IMG/VR virus record: IMGVR_UViG_2541048004_000003
Span: 14,130 to 78,129 of that record
DNA length: 64,000 nt
Direction: 5' to 3' (one strand)
Source: a virus
Lineage: Duplodnaviria > Caudoviricetes
Position numbers and translations under genes: made by a program. Shown here in pieces: positions 17,344 to 26,338 of the stretch (position 1 is the first letter of the stretch; the number at the start of each line of letters is the position of its first letter). The notes below the pieces were generated by a model. That model had not been told where the DNA came from. It was given only the letters and a program-made list of their open reading frames with translations, and searched no databases.

Positions 17344-18050
17344 AAATCAAATAGTAATTGTTCGTTTATACTCATATTGCTTAGCTCTTCTTCTGCATCG
17401 AATAAGCGCGGTTGTGCCTGCTGATACAAGATTCTTTGCTTTGCCGCGTTGTAATACTCTGGGTCAAGCTCTATACCTGTCATTTCAAACCCCATACTAT
17501 CAGCGGCAAGGCATATTGCCCCGCTTCCTAAATGCGTATCAAGGATTTTATCACCTCTCTTTGCATAGTTTTGAAGAAGCCAAGAATAAAGCTGTACGGG
17601 CTTTTCTGTTGGGTGTATTGTGTTTTGCTTTGCAAGCACCACACGATTGATAGTGATAAGGCGTGTTGGGCAATTGAACGAAGAATAAGCAAGTTCACAA
17701 TCGGACATCGTAAGCCCGGTTTGCCCCTTAAACCACACAATCCATCCTTTTGTGCCTTTCGTCAAATGTTCAACGAAGTAGTTTGCACCCCAAATAATCT
17801 GATTGCGTGAAACTCGTTCAAGTTCTCTGAAATACTCCGCCGTCGGTGTACTATCGTCCCAGCCTTTGCGTGCGTGAAACTTTCGGTTGTGCTTTGGATT
17901 TTTGCAAACACAAGACTTTTGCCCGTCGATACCAAGCCCATAGGGTGGGTCGCAAATCGCAAGGTCAAACGCATTGTCCGGCAACTCCGAAAGAACACGC
18001 ATACAATCAGCGTTGATAAGCTGAATCTTGCCTAATTGGTCAATAATCAT
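17340..18050 (-). CDS. DNA amino-methyltransferase (N6-adenine/N4-cytosine, beta-type)
   Basis: DPPY, HPTEKPVQL, LDTHLGSG motifs. Confidence 0.9.
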   Translation of the reverse strand: MIIDQLGKIQLINADCMRVLSELPDNAFDLAICDPPYGLGIDGQKSCVCKNPKHNRKFHARKGWDDSTPTAEYFRELERVSRNQIIWGANYFVEHLTKGTKGWIVWFKGQTGLTMSDCELAYSSFNCPTRLITINRVVLAKQNTIHPTEKPVQLYSWLLQNYAKRGDKILDTHLGSGAICLAADSMGFEMTGIELDPEYYNAAKQRILYQQAQPRLFDAEEELSNMSINEQLLFDL

Positions 18051-18610
18051 ACACCTATAATTTTGTATATTTCCCTTGTTAGGTAGATGTCATAAAAAGC
18101 ATCGTGCAACGCTTCATCATCAACATTGACACCCATAAACTTTGCAACTGTCGCCAACTTGAAGTTTTCCATCTCGTGTCGTCGGCTTGCAAGGTGATGT
18201 GATGCAAGAACCATCACGTCTATTGAGTTTGACCAAAACCAAGAGCCGAAATAATTATCTCCGTTCTGTAAGAAGAATCCACGCAAGAACTGATTGTCAA
18301 ACGAAGCGTTGTTGTAACCGACAAGAAAGAACTTGTCTTTCTTGTTGAACTTATCAACATACTTTCCAAGCATTGCCACAAGCTCCTTATACACTTCACC
18401 CATTGAGGGATAAGCAAGCACTTGTTCACGTGTTACGCCCGCAACGGAAAGGGCTTGTTCTTCAATTACTGCTTTCGGGTTCGGTTGAACGTGAAAGTCA
18501 AAACGTTCTTTCTCGACACCATCAATCTCTATCATTCCGCTAATTTGATGAATACCGTTCTTTCCGGGATTTACACCGGTCGTTTCAAGGTCAAAAAATA
18601 GCAACTTCAT
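18047..18610 (-). CDS. DEDDh 3'-5' exonuclease (DnaQ-like)
   Basis: FFDLETTG, GYNNASFD, HDAFYDI. Confidence 0.9.
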   Translation of the reverse strand: MKLLFFDLETTGVNPGKNGIHQISGMIEIDGVEKERFDFHVQPNPKAVIEEQALSVAGVTREQVLAYPSMGEVYKELVAMLGKYVDKFNKKDKFFLVGYNNASFDNQFLRGFFLQNGDNYFGSWFWSNSIDVMVLASHHLASRRHEMENFKLATVAKFMGVNVDDEALHDAFYDIYLTREIYKIIGV

Positions 18611-18643
18611 TATCTTATTTGTTTTATAGTGATATACTCTTTG

Positions 18644-19717
18644 CTAAATTTTTGAAAGCCATTGTTCGTGAATCTGACTTGCTATTTGAGCCATCATAAT
18701 AGGGGGTACGGACATTCCGCAAACGTAATGTGAAGATTGACCTGCAAAATTGTAGTCTTGTGGGAAAGATGAAATGCAACACACTTCACTTTGACCCAAG
18801 AAGCGTGGTTGGTCAAACAACACAAGGCACGTTTCCTTGCTTGCGAGTGTAGGACAAATCTTGTCAAGATAGACGTAACTTTGATTAAAGTTGCTTCCTT
18901 TGCCGTACAAACGCATATTAGCATCACCTTGGTTTACATCTCCAAATTCCCGATGCTCCCAAAGTTTGCGAACAACCTTTGATGTTACTTCACGACCCGA
19001 ATAGTCCACGACTTCACCAAATGGAATCATCGGTTCGTTGAACTCCAAATGAAAGAACGGCAATTGCTCAAACAAACTTGCTTGATACAAGAATGGTTCT
19101 GCAAGGTCTTTTCTTAAACAGATGAAGAACACACGTTCACGGCGTTGTGGCAACCCCATATCTTGACCGTCAAGCAACCAATGCTGACAATAATAGCCTG
19201 CATTGTCGAACGCTTCATAAATTCGACGGACGTAATCTTTTGCTTCACCGATAAGAAGACCTTTAACATTTTCTGCAACAACAACCTTTGGTTGTAATTT
19301 TTCTGCAAGGTCGATGAAGTCAAAGAATAGCGTATCAAGAACTTGTTCCGCTTGCCCCTCCCGGAAATGCTTCATCTTTCCCCACGCTTCCTCTCTACTT
19401 CCAGCCATTGAGAATGTAGAACAAGGCGGTGAACCATCTAAGATGTCAAGATTATAAAGTTCATCGGGCAAGTCCTCTCTTTTCTTGAACTCTTGTATCG
19501 GTTCAAGGAAAGGAAACCTTGGGTCGTGATTCTGACAATAAGTGTACATCATTCGGTGGTCAATCTCATTGCAACCGATAACGTCAAACCCTGCTAACTT
19601 GTAACCCATAGTGCTGCCCCCCCCGCACGCAAAGCAAGAAAAAACCTTGCCTTTGTCTTTTGAGAAGTTAGCGTCTGCCAGCGTCCAACGATAATTGTAC
19701 TTGTGCTTTTTGTTCAT
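18644..19717 (-). CDS. DNA cytosine-5 methyltransferase
   Basis: FACGGG, GSPPCSTFS, ENVKG, QRRERVF, GMSVPP. Confidence 0.92.
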   Translation of the reverse strand: MNKKHKYNYRWTLADANFSKDKGKVFSCFACGGGSTMGYKLAGFDVIGCNEIDHRMMYTYCQNHDPRFPFLEPIQEFKKREDLPDELYNLDILDGSPPCSTFSMAGSREEAWGKMKHFREGQAEQVLDTLFFDFIDLAEKLQPKVVVAENVKGLLIGEAKDYVRRIYEAFDNAGYYCQHWLLDGQDMGLPQRRERVFFICLRKDLAEPFLYQASLFEQLPFFHLEFNEPMIPFGEVVDYSGREVTSKVVRKLWEHREFGDVNQGDANMRLYGKGSNFNQSYVYLDKICPTLASKETCLVLFDQPRFLGQSEVCCISSFPQDYNFAGQSSHYVCGMSVPPIMMAQIASQIHEQWLSKI

Positions 19718-20307
19718 TTGCTTGTTATATTCAATATATTATTTACTCGTTCTGCCATCACTCTGAAAAATTCATTGTAACGTACTTCATCATTGTACTT
19801 ATTCAAGAAGTGCAACATTGAAGAATGGTCGCGGTGAATGTATTTCGCAATGTCCACCAGCTTCATTTTTTCACGCCTGCAATGATAAACGAAAAGCATA
19901 CGAGCAAAGAAGCCGTCACGCTTTCGGCTCTTTGTGTTGTACTGATTCAGTCGTAAGCCCGTAACCTCGTGTATTGCATTTTCAATCTTCAAGACAATAC
20001 CTTGATTGCGTATGATGTTTGACGCAAACAATACAGTCTTGCCCGTCCGAATTGCAAAATCATATTCGACACAAGCACCAACACTATCTTGCCAACCGTC
20101 CATCATATAGATGTAGTTGCATTCGTGCAATAATTCAATATCTCTGCACAAGTGCTTTATCCAATCATCGTCCACCGACAAGCCGTTATTCAAAGGGTTT
20201 ACCGCCTGAATGCCTAAACTTTCCAAGAACTCTTCTGCTTCAAGAAACCTCTTCTTGACCTCCTCGAAGTCAAGACCACTTATTTTTCCACTGATGTACA
20301 CTTTCAT
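19714..20307 (-). CDS. DUF4406-like (nucleoside deoxyribosyltransferase-like) domain plus DnaA-C-like HTH
   Basis: VYISGKISG...WQDSVGACVE; C-terminal RDHSSMLH helix-turn-helix. Confidence 0.7.
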   Translation of the reverse strand: MKVYISGKISGLDFEEVKKRFLEAEEFLESLGIQAVNPLNNGLSVDDDWIKHLCRDIELLHECNYIYMMDGWQDSVGACVEYDFAIRTGKTVLFASNIIRNQGIVLKIENAIHEVTGLRLNQYNTKSRKRDGFFARMLFVYHCRREKMKLVDIAKYIHRDHSSMLHFLNKYNDEVRYNEFFRVMAERVNNILNITSK

Positions 20308-21083
20308 TGCGTTTGCCCTTTCTGATGGTTGTACAAGAATCTATTCACGAAATAGATTTGACCCTTACCCGTTACCTTTGTCGTTGTTCGTACCTTTGTG
20401 TGGTCGCCTACGTTTATTGTAACCTTTCTTATCTCGAATAAGCCCATTTCAAGGGCTTTTTGTGTCGGTTGATTATATCGTTCGCCCTGCTGGCATAGAT
20501 AGCCGTTTGAACGCAACCAAATGAACAACCGCTTTTCGCCCATCTGTACGCCGTTCTGACATATCAACTTTGCGAGTTCCCCAATCAAGATGCTATCTTG
20601 TGATGTTTCGACGGCTTGTGAAAATAACACCCGTGGTCGCTCTTCCTCGATTTGCTTTTGTTGCTTTTCGATTTGTTCAGCTTGTGTGGCTGCCAACCTC
20701 AATGCTTCTGCAAATGTTGTAGGTAGGTTCGGTTGTGATTGTTGTGCTACCTGCTTCACAACTTCTTCCATCTTGTTGAATTGGTCAATGAATGCAACCT
20801 TGAATTGAAGTGCTTTTGCACCTGTCAAACCCATTGCGAGTAACGAAAAACCATCACGATTCATTACGAACATCGGTCTTTGCTTACCTTGTGCATCAAG
20901 ATAGGTTGATTCATAGAACCAGCGTGCGTGGGCTGAATTTTCAGCCGACCCAAGCAAATTGCGAACCGCTTGTATGATATTCTTGTGTTGCTTACCAAAC
21001 ACCCCTGCCACTTTCAATGAATCTGTAACGGGTGTTCCTCGTTCGGTCTTATAGACCACGTTTCGTTCGATTATACCGTTCAT
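20304..21083 (-). CDS. Rha family regulator fused to antirepressor (ANT/KilAC) domain
   Basis: TDSLKVAGVFGKQHKN, MNRDGFSLLAMG, PTTFAEALRLAA, TKVTGKGQIYF. Confidence 0.9.
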   Translation of the reverse strand: MNGIIERNVVYKTERGTPVTDSLKVAGVFGKQHKNIIQAVRNLLGSAENSAHARWFYESTYLDAQGKQRPMFVMNRDGFSLLAMGLTGAKALQFKVAFIDQFNKMEEVVKQVAQQSQPNLPTTFAEALRLAATQAEQIEKQQKQIEEERPRVLFSQAVETSQDSILIGELAKLICQNGVQMGEKRLFIWLRSNGYLCQQGERYNQPTQKALEMGLFEIRKVTINVGDHTKVRTTTKVTGKGQIYFVNRFLYNHQKGQTQ

Positions 21084-21116
21084 TATTTTAAGCTCTATTA
21101 GTTAGTAATACGGTTA

Positions 21117-21854
21117 TCAAATACCCTTTCTCCTGTCTTTCCCCTTTATCTCGAAATAGTTGCACATTTCGACAAGTCTTGACTGCACACGGTCGCCATA
21201 CTTCTCTTTGAGAATTTCGCTTGAAATCCTTAAATTAGACGTTATCATTGTGAGTTCATCGGTTCTGTCGCCGCGATACTCTAAGAGTTGTTGTAAAACA
21301 TTCAAGCGATTCCCCATATAAAGGGTTTCTTTCGGCTCTTGCCCGAAATCCTGAATACCGATAATAGACATTTTCTTGAATCTTACAATTTCTCCCCTTT
21401 CGGAAAATTCTCCACAAATCTCATCGGCTCTGTTGATATTCCAAAACAAAGGACGTTGTGCATTGTCGTCAGAAAATTTGATTTGAAAACCCCAAGCACG
21501 AGCATAAGCAAGCATTACTTCAAGACACCAAGATTTACCCGACCCTGTGTTACCTGCTATGTAAATACCACGCTTGATGTCGCCTTGTTGCTCTTCTCCT
21601 GTGATGGCATTTAATGCTTTCATCGTTGTATCTCCGTGACACCACTTGATGAAGTTTTCATAAGCAAATCGGTTTTCATCGTCTATCACAAACTTTGGGT
21701 TTCGGATTTTCCCTATCGCTTCAACGACTTTCAAGGCGTGTTCAACTTCGTAGTTATCGTAAACGTAACGGTCAAACCCCGAAAAATAGCCACGCTCCTG
21801 AATGAACTGCAAGACCTTTGAAATGTCTGGGTTATATGTCTTCTTTACTTCCAT
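21117..21854 (-). CDS. P-loop ATPase, DnaC/IstB-like helicase loader
   Basis: GNTGSGKS, IQDFGQE, TSNL, RLVEMCN; follows the initiator gene. Confidence 0.8.
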   Translation of the reverse strand: MEVKKTYNPDISKVLQFIQERGYFSGFDRYVYDNYEVEHALKVVEAIGKIRNPKFVIDDENRFAYENFIKWCHGDTTMKALNAITGEEQQGDIKRGIYIAGNTGSGKSWCLEVMLAYARAWGFQIKFSDDNAQRPLFWNINRADEICGEFSERGEIVRFKKMSIIGIQDFGQEPKETLYMGNRLNVLQQLLEYRGDRTDELTMITSNLRISSEILKEKYGDRVQSRLVEMCNYFEIKGKDRRKGI

Positions 21855-22561
21855 TCGTCATTGATGTTATTGTTACTTGATACAGCTTGCTTGCCGTTAT
21901 TTACCTTGTCGCTCTTGTGCCAATTTCTGACGGCTGCTTGCCAATCTTTCATTTTGTTTTTTCCGACCATCCAGCCTTTCGATGTGTAGAAGTCAATGAA
22001 TCTTTCTGCATCAAAAAAGGCATAACCTTTTTCTTCAACATAAACCTTAACTTCTTCAAGTGTAGGTGGGCAAAACCGCTTGGCGGCTTTTGCTCCTATA
22101 CTCTCTACTTCGATAGAAGTAGATTCTTTTATTTCCTTTTCTTTCCTTTCCTTTGGATATACATTGCATTGCTCTTGTTGTGCATTTGCATTGGAATTGC
22201 ATTGCTCTTGTTGTGTTTCCTTTGATTTCCAGCGAGTTTCTGCCGCTTTCTTTCTTCTTTCTGAAATCTCCTTGCGACGATTCAAACGGGCAAGAACCGA
22301 ACTTGACCAAAAGAAAGTGCCATCATTTTGAAACAAATCGAAGTCATTCACAACGCTTTCTACAACCTTGCAATCAATGTGCAATGCAAATGCAATGCTT
22401 TTGCACGCCTTAAAAGGAAGTTTACCACCTTGCTCGTATATCTGTTCGATAACACACCAAAAGACACCGATACCAGCCACTCCGTGTTCAATCAACACAT
22501 CTTGCAACTTTGGGTCGTTGCGTGCGTTGTAGTCGTGTTGAAAGTAGAACGTATCTTTCAT
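21845..22561 (-). CDS. Replication initiator (DUF4373/Lin1244-like)
   Basis: YFQHDYNARNDPKL N-terminus; PPTLEEV..F.DFYTSKGW..GKNKMKDWQAAVRNW C-terminus. Confidence 0.85.
   Translation of the reverse strand: MKDTFYFQHDYNARNDPKLQDVLIEHGVAGIGVFWCVIEQIYEQGGKLPFKACKSIAFALHIDCKVVESVVNDFDLFQNDGTFFWSSSVLARLNRRKEISERRKKAAETRWKSKETQQEQCNSNANAQQEQCNVYPKERKEKEIKESTSIEVESIGAKAAKRFCPPTLEEVKVYVEEKGYAFFDAERFIDFYTSKGWMVGKNKMKDWQAAVRNWHKSDKVNNGKQAVSSNNNINDEWK
22163..22215. repeat. 20-bp direct repeats in the initiator gene (iteron candidates)
   Basis: ATTGCATTGCTCTTGTTGTG at 22163 and 22196. Confidence 0.65.
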
Positions 22562-22622
22562 TGCCTTGTGATTTTAACCCCACCTTGACACGCTTTGGCA
22601 CGAGTCAAGGCGGGGATTTGTA

Positions 22623-23363
22623 TTAAACTTCTATCAATGCGATGTTTGGTGCAACTTCCTTGATTGCTACAATCTGTTCATCAATAACTTTGTTCCTGAT
22701 GTCCTCCAAGGCTTGATTAGCTCCGGGCGAAAGAAGCAAGAAAGAAACTTCACGTCCGCTGATTTGCGCGAAAGTTTCAACCTCCAGCGTTTCGCTTTGC
22801 ATACCCTTGAAGATAGGCATTGCCAAAGTGAATGATGCGGGCAAGTTTGAATTGACAACTTGTGTGAAGTTATCTTTTCTATCGCCATTCTCCTTAACCG
22901 AGCGTTCAAGCGTGTTATTGACAGTCGCCGTGAAGTTCATAAGTGTTGTTACAAGCTCCATATTCGTCTTTCTGTCCGTGAAGAATGCACGGTTCATTTT
23001 GAAGAACATACCAAGTTCGGTTGGTGTCCACACCTTTCCGTTGTTGATGCCAAATTCAATGAACTTGGGGTTGAAGTCCAGCGTGCCAACAATACTGCCT
23101 GAATTGTAGTAATCATCTTCATTGATTACGAGCGACAAGGTTACGTTATCACGGTCAATCAAGATGTGTGAACGCTCTTGCTCGAATTGCCCAGTACCAA
23201 CACGCTTTTTCAAATACTCGAAAGGTGTTCCGATAACCCCTTTGATGTCTGTTTTAATGGGGGCTTTGGGGTCAAGTTCTTTAACCGCTCCGCCCTCTCT
23301 GATAATCAATTCTGCCTTGGTTACATTTTCACCAAAAACAACTTGCAATTTTTCTGATTCCAT
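22623..23363 (-). CDS. Conserved phage hypothetical protein
   Basis: 246 aa ORF in the early operon. Confidence 0.7.
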   Translation of the reverse strand: MESEKLQVVFGENVTKAELIIREGGAVKELDPKAPIKTDIKGVIGTPFEYLKKRVGTGQFEQERSHILIDRDNVTLSLVINEDDYYNSGSIVGTLDFNPKFIEFGINNGKVWTPTELGMFFKMNRAFFTDRKTNMELVTTLMNFTATVNNTLERSVKENGDRKDNFTQVVNSNLPASFTLAMPIFKGMQSETLEVETFAQISGREVSFLLLSPGANQALEDIRNKVIDEQIVAIKEVAPNIALIEV

Positions 23364-23389
23364 TTTCTTTGGATTTTGAATGTTGAACT

Positions 23390-23821
23390 TTAATCGTTAG
23401 TACCTGTTTTGCGTGCCATCGCAAATATCGTAGGTTGCATTTCATCTGCTGTTGCTGGACGCTCTTCTATTAAGTCGCCATCTGCATTGTAGTAACCCGT
23501 TTGCTTGGCTTCTTGGTCGGTGAACTTGTAACAGATTTCACGCACATATTCAGCTTTCGACTTGATATTTGAAACCATTTGGCTTCTCGCTTCTTTAAGC
23601 GGTTTCAATCGTGCTTTATATTCCGCTTGAACCTGTTTCATTTCTGCTTCAATTTCGGCAATCTCAATTGAAGTATTGGCAAGTTCTTCTTTGTGTCCCT
23701 GCAATTGCTCCGGGGTATATGGCTTCATATAGCCTTTTTCCTCCACCGTGTCGCAATTGTCTTTCAAGAATGCTTCACGTTGAACACGGTTTGCATACTC
23801 TTTACCAATTGTTCTTTCCAT
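23390..23821 (-). CDS. Coiled-coil phage hypothetical protein
   Basis: 143 aa; FLKDNCD..EEKGYMK. Confidence 0.7.
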   Translation of the reverse strand: MERTIGKEYANRVQREAFLKDNCDTVEEKGYMKPYTPEQLQGHKEELANTSIEIAEIEAEMKQVQAEYKARLKPLKEARSQMVSNIKSKAEYVREICYKFTDQEAKQTGYYNADGDLIEERPATADEMQPTIFAMARKTGTND

Positions 23822-23845
23822 ATCGTTTTGTTTTATAGTGATACA

Positions 23846-24400
23846 CTACTTGTCAAGCAACAAGAAATCATTATACAGGCTTTCAAATTTCTTTCCGAAA
23901 TCGAATGCACGTTCACGAGTTGCAAAGCAAAGCCGAGAACCGACATCCGCAAACGCAGGCGAAGCCGTCCAATACGTAGCCGCGTACACGAAGCCCGCAG
24001 CATCCTTGTTGTACTCAAACCAAGGGAAATACTTGTATTGGTTTTCGTTAGAGAAGTCTGGCACAAATCCATCTTCTTTATTCCACGCTTCTGCTATTGT
24101 GAACAACTTTGATAATGCCAGCAAAGCCTTTTCGTGATGCTTGTTTACACCACAAATTGTCATCAACGGTTCATCAGATAATCCGAGATACTTCTTTGCA
24201 TCTTCATAGCTGGCAATCTCTTGTACCTCTTCTTCTTGAACATCGAAGTCAAAGATGGACAAGAAGCCATCTTCATCTGAACAAACATCGTCGTTCTTCT
24301 CTGTGATGTACTCAACGAGCTTTTCACTCGCTTGGTTCTTTGTGTCGAACTTTCCCAAGACTTCGTTTGTCGTCTTGTTTCTTACTACATACTTTTTCAT
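23846..24400 (-). CDS. Hypothetical protein with DGR-target-like (CLec-type) C-terminus
   Basis: FPWF...GFVYAATYWTASPAFADVGSRLCF; likely start MKKYVV at 24400. Confidence 0.65.
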   Translation of the reverse strand: MKKYVVRNKTTNEVLGKFDTKNQASEKLVEYITEKNDDVCSDEDGFLSIFDFDVQEEEVQEIASYEDAKKYLGLSDEPLMTICGVNKHHEKALLALSKLFTIAEAWNKEDGFVPDFSNENQYKYFPWFEYNKDAAGFVYAATYWTASPAFADVGSRLCFATRERAFDFGKKFESLYNDFLLLDK

Positions 24401-24413
24401 TGTTATTTTGTTG

Positions 24414-25157
24414 TTAAAAAGGTGATTTATCAAATTCAATTATCATACCCTTGTCGGCAATATGAACGTTCTTTCCCGTTAGCTCCTTAATACCTTTTAG
24501 AAATTCGCTTGCATTACTATTGCCCGGCGAAAGGTGTATCAACACAATGTTGTTCACCTTTGATAAGTCATTAGCAACAAGTATTTCCTTGCAAGTTTCG
24601 TAGCTCAAATGGCTTCTTATTGTTCGGTCGCGTTGCGGTTTGGCAATTCTTCCTGCTTCAACATTTTCTTCTAAAATATCAAGTCGATAGTTGCATTCAA
24701 GCAATATGTTTGAAAGACCATCGAAGCGATACTTCAAATAGTATGTATCAGTAGCAAAAAGAACCGTCCCCATCTCCTTGTGATGAATAAGATACCCGAA
24801 AGGTTCGGCGGCATCGTGTTGAACTGAAAAACCTTGAATGGTAAACCCTCCGAGCTGATAAGGCTTGAACTCTTCTGTACGCCTTACAAGTGCGTTACTT
24901 CTGATTTTCAAAGCCTCTGCCGTCCCATCAGACATATAGCAAGGAATACGAGCATCAAGCACCTTTTGGACGTGCTTTGCGTGGTCGCCGTGTTCGTGCG
25001 ATATAACACACCCCCTTATTCTGCTAATGTCAAAATCAACCGACTTTTGAATGCTCCTGTAAGGCATTCCGCATTCAATCAACAATGCTTCATTGCCATT
25101 GTCGAATAAATAGCCGTTACCAGCCGAACTGCTTCCGAGTATCTTTAATTGCATCAC
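24414..25157 (-). CDS. MBL-fold metallo-hydrolase (recombination exonuclease)
   Basis: LGSSSAGNGY, SHEHGDHAK, HDAAEPFG, LIHLS. Confidence 0.9.
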   Translation of the reverse strand: MMQLKILGSSSAGNGYLFDNGNEALLIECGMPYRSIQKSVDFDISRIRGCVISHEHGDHAKHVQKVLDARIPCYMSDGTAEALKIRSNALVRRTEEFKPYQLGGFTIQGFSVQHDAAEPFGYLIHHKEMGTVLFATDTYYLKYRFDGLSNILLECNYRLDILEENVEAGRIAKPQRDRTIRSHLSYETCKEILVANDLSKVNNIVLIHLSPGNSNASEFLKGIKELTGKNVHIADKGMIIEFDKSPF

Positions 25158-25166
25158 ATTTTAGAT

Positions 25167-26072
25167 TTAGAAGCCGGGAAAGTTTGCTTCACCTTGTTGT
25201 GGCGATTCCGCTTGCTCCTGATTGACGATTTCCCCTGTTTCTGTATCAACGGTTGTCTTTGTTGATTTGTCGCCGTTAGAAGCCCCCAAATCAATTGCAA
25301 TCACCTTTTGGTTTGCATTGTCTGACTTCTCTTGTGCAACCTCTTCTTTTACATCCTTGACTTCTTCAAAATCTGTGTAAATATCTTGTTGCTCCTCAAC
25401 GGTACGCATACCCATAGACAATTCAGGTGCGTATGCACTTGTCCAAAACGATGCTGCACGATACATCAACATCTGCTTTGCCATCGTCTGCCATTTGCTG
25501 CCGTTCTTCGTGTACCACCCCTCCTGAATAGCAAGACGAAGTGAAACGGGGGAACTTTCAAGCACTTGGTCTGAACCCTTTGCGGTTGTGTACGCGACGC
25601 ATTCAATGTCCATTATCTTCTTTCCGTCAAATTGCTTGACAACGGGCTTTTTTGAACGTGTAGCATTATCCCAAACGTAGTCGGTATAATCAACCATACC
25701 CAGCATTCCCTTTTCTGTGAAGCGGTATTGCAAGGGGTTGAATCGACCACAAGTGTTTACCGTTGCGACAAGGAACTTTGAAGACCAAGATGGCTTGCCG
25801 TAAATCGGAACCATATTCTGCATAACCATCAACGGACTTGCACCGATACGTTGTGCAATCTCAATTGCAATCATACAATTGGATATTGCTTTTTCGATAG
25901 GATTCTTGTCGCTTGCCTTGTACATATCAGGCACAAGTTCAGACGAAGCGAACATCTTGCAAACACGTTGCATTGTTTCAAACTGCAAGGGGTCAAAGAA
26001 ATTGACTACTGCTTGCGCTTGGGTTGGTTGCACTGCAACCATACCCGGATTTGTTTTAACTAATTCATTCAT
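25167..26072 (-). CDS. RecT-like single-strand annealing protein
   Basis: NCMIAIEIAQRIG..PLMVMQN...GKPSWSSKF...QMLMYRAASFW; between the ATPase and the exonuclease. Confidence 0.7.
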   Translation of the reverse strand: MNELVKTNPGMVAVQPTQAQAVVNFFDPLQFETMQRVCKMFASSELVPDMYKASDKNPIEKAISNCMIAIEIAQRIGASPLMVMQNMVPIYGKPSWSSKFLVATVNTCGRFNPLQYRFTEKGMLGMVDYTDYVWDNATRSKKPVVKQFDGKKIMDIECVAYTTAKGSDQVLESSPVSLRLAIQEGWYTKNGSKWQTMAKQMLMYRAASFWTSAYAPELSMGMRTVEEQQDIYTDFEEVKDVKEEVAQEKSDNANQKVIAIDLGASNGDKSTKTTVDTETGEIVNQEQAESPQQGEANFPGF

Positions 26073-26079
26073 TGTTGTA

Positions 26080-26325
26080 TTACTTTGATTGGTTGATATA
26101 CGAAAGGAATGTTTGACGGGCTTCTTCAAGGGCTGGTATTGCTTCCTTGACGTGTGAAGAAACCGACACAACGGGTATTCCGTCTATTGCGATGTAGATA
26201 CCGCTTTTGAACTCTCGAAGCTGCACACGTTCTTCAACCATTCTTGCGGTGTACTCCTTGGCGGCTTTTACCTTATCCGCCTTGCGTGCATTGAACCACG
26301 CAATAACTTTCTTAATGTACTTCAT
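26080..26325 (-). CDS. Hypothetical protein
   Basis: 81 aa, same-strand packing in operon. Confidence 0.55.
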   Translation of the reverse strand: MKYIKKVIAWFNARKADKVKAAKEYTARMVEERVQLREFKSGIYIAIDGIPVVSVSSHVKEAIPALEEARQTFLSYINQSK

Positions 26326-26338
26326 TCTGTTTGATGTA

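Noticed and set aside
23833-24072. 79-aa ORF with RLRLRLR
   Set aside because: Frame-shifted reading of the DGR-like variable region, not a separate gene.
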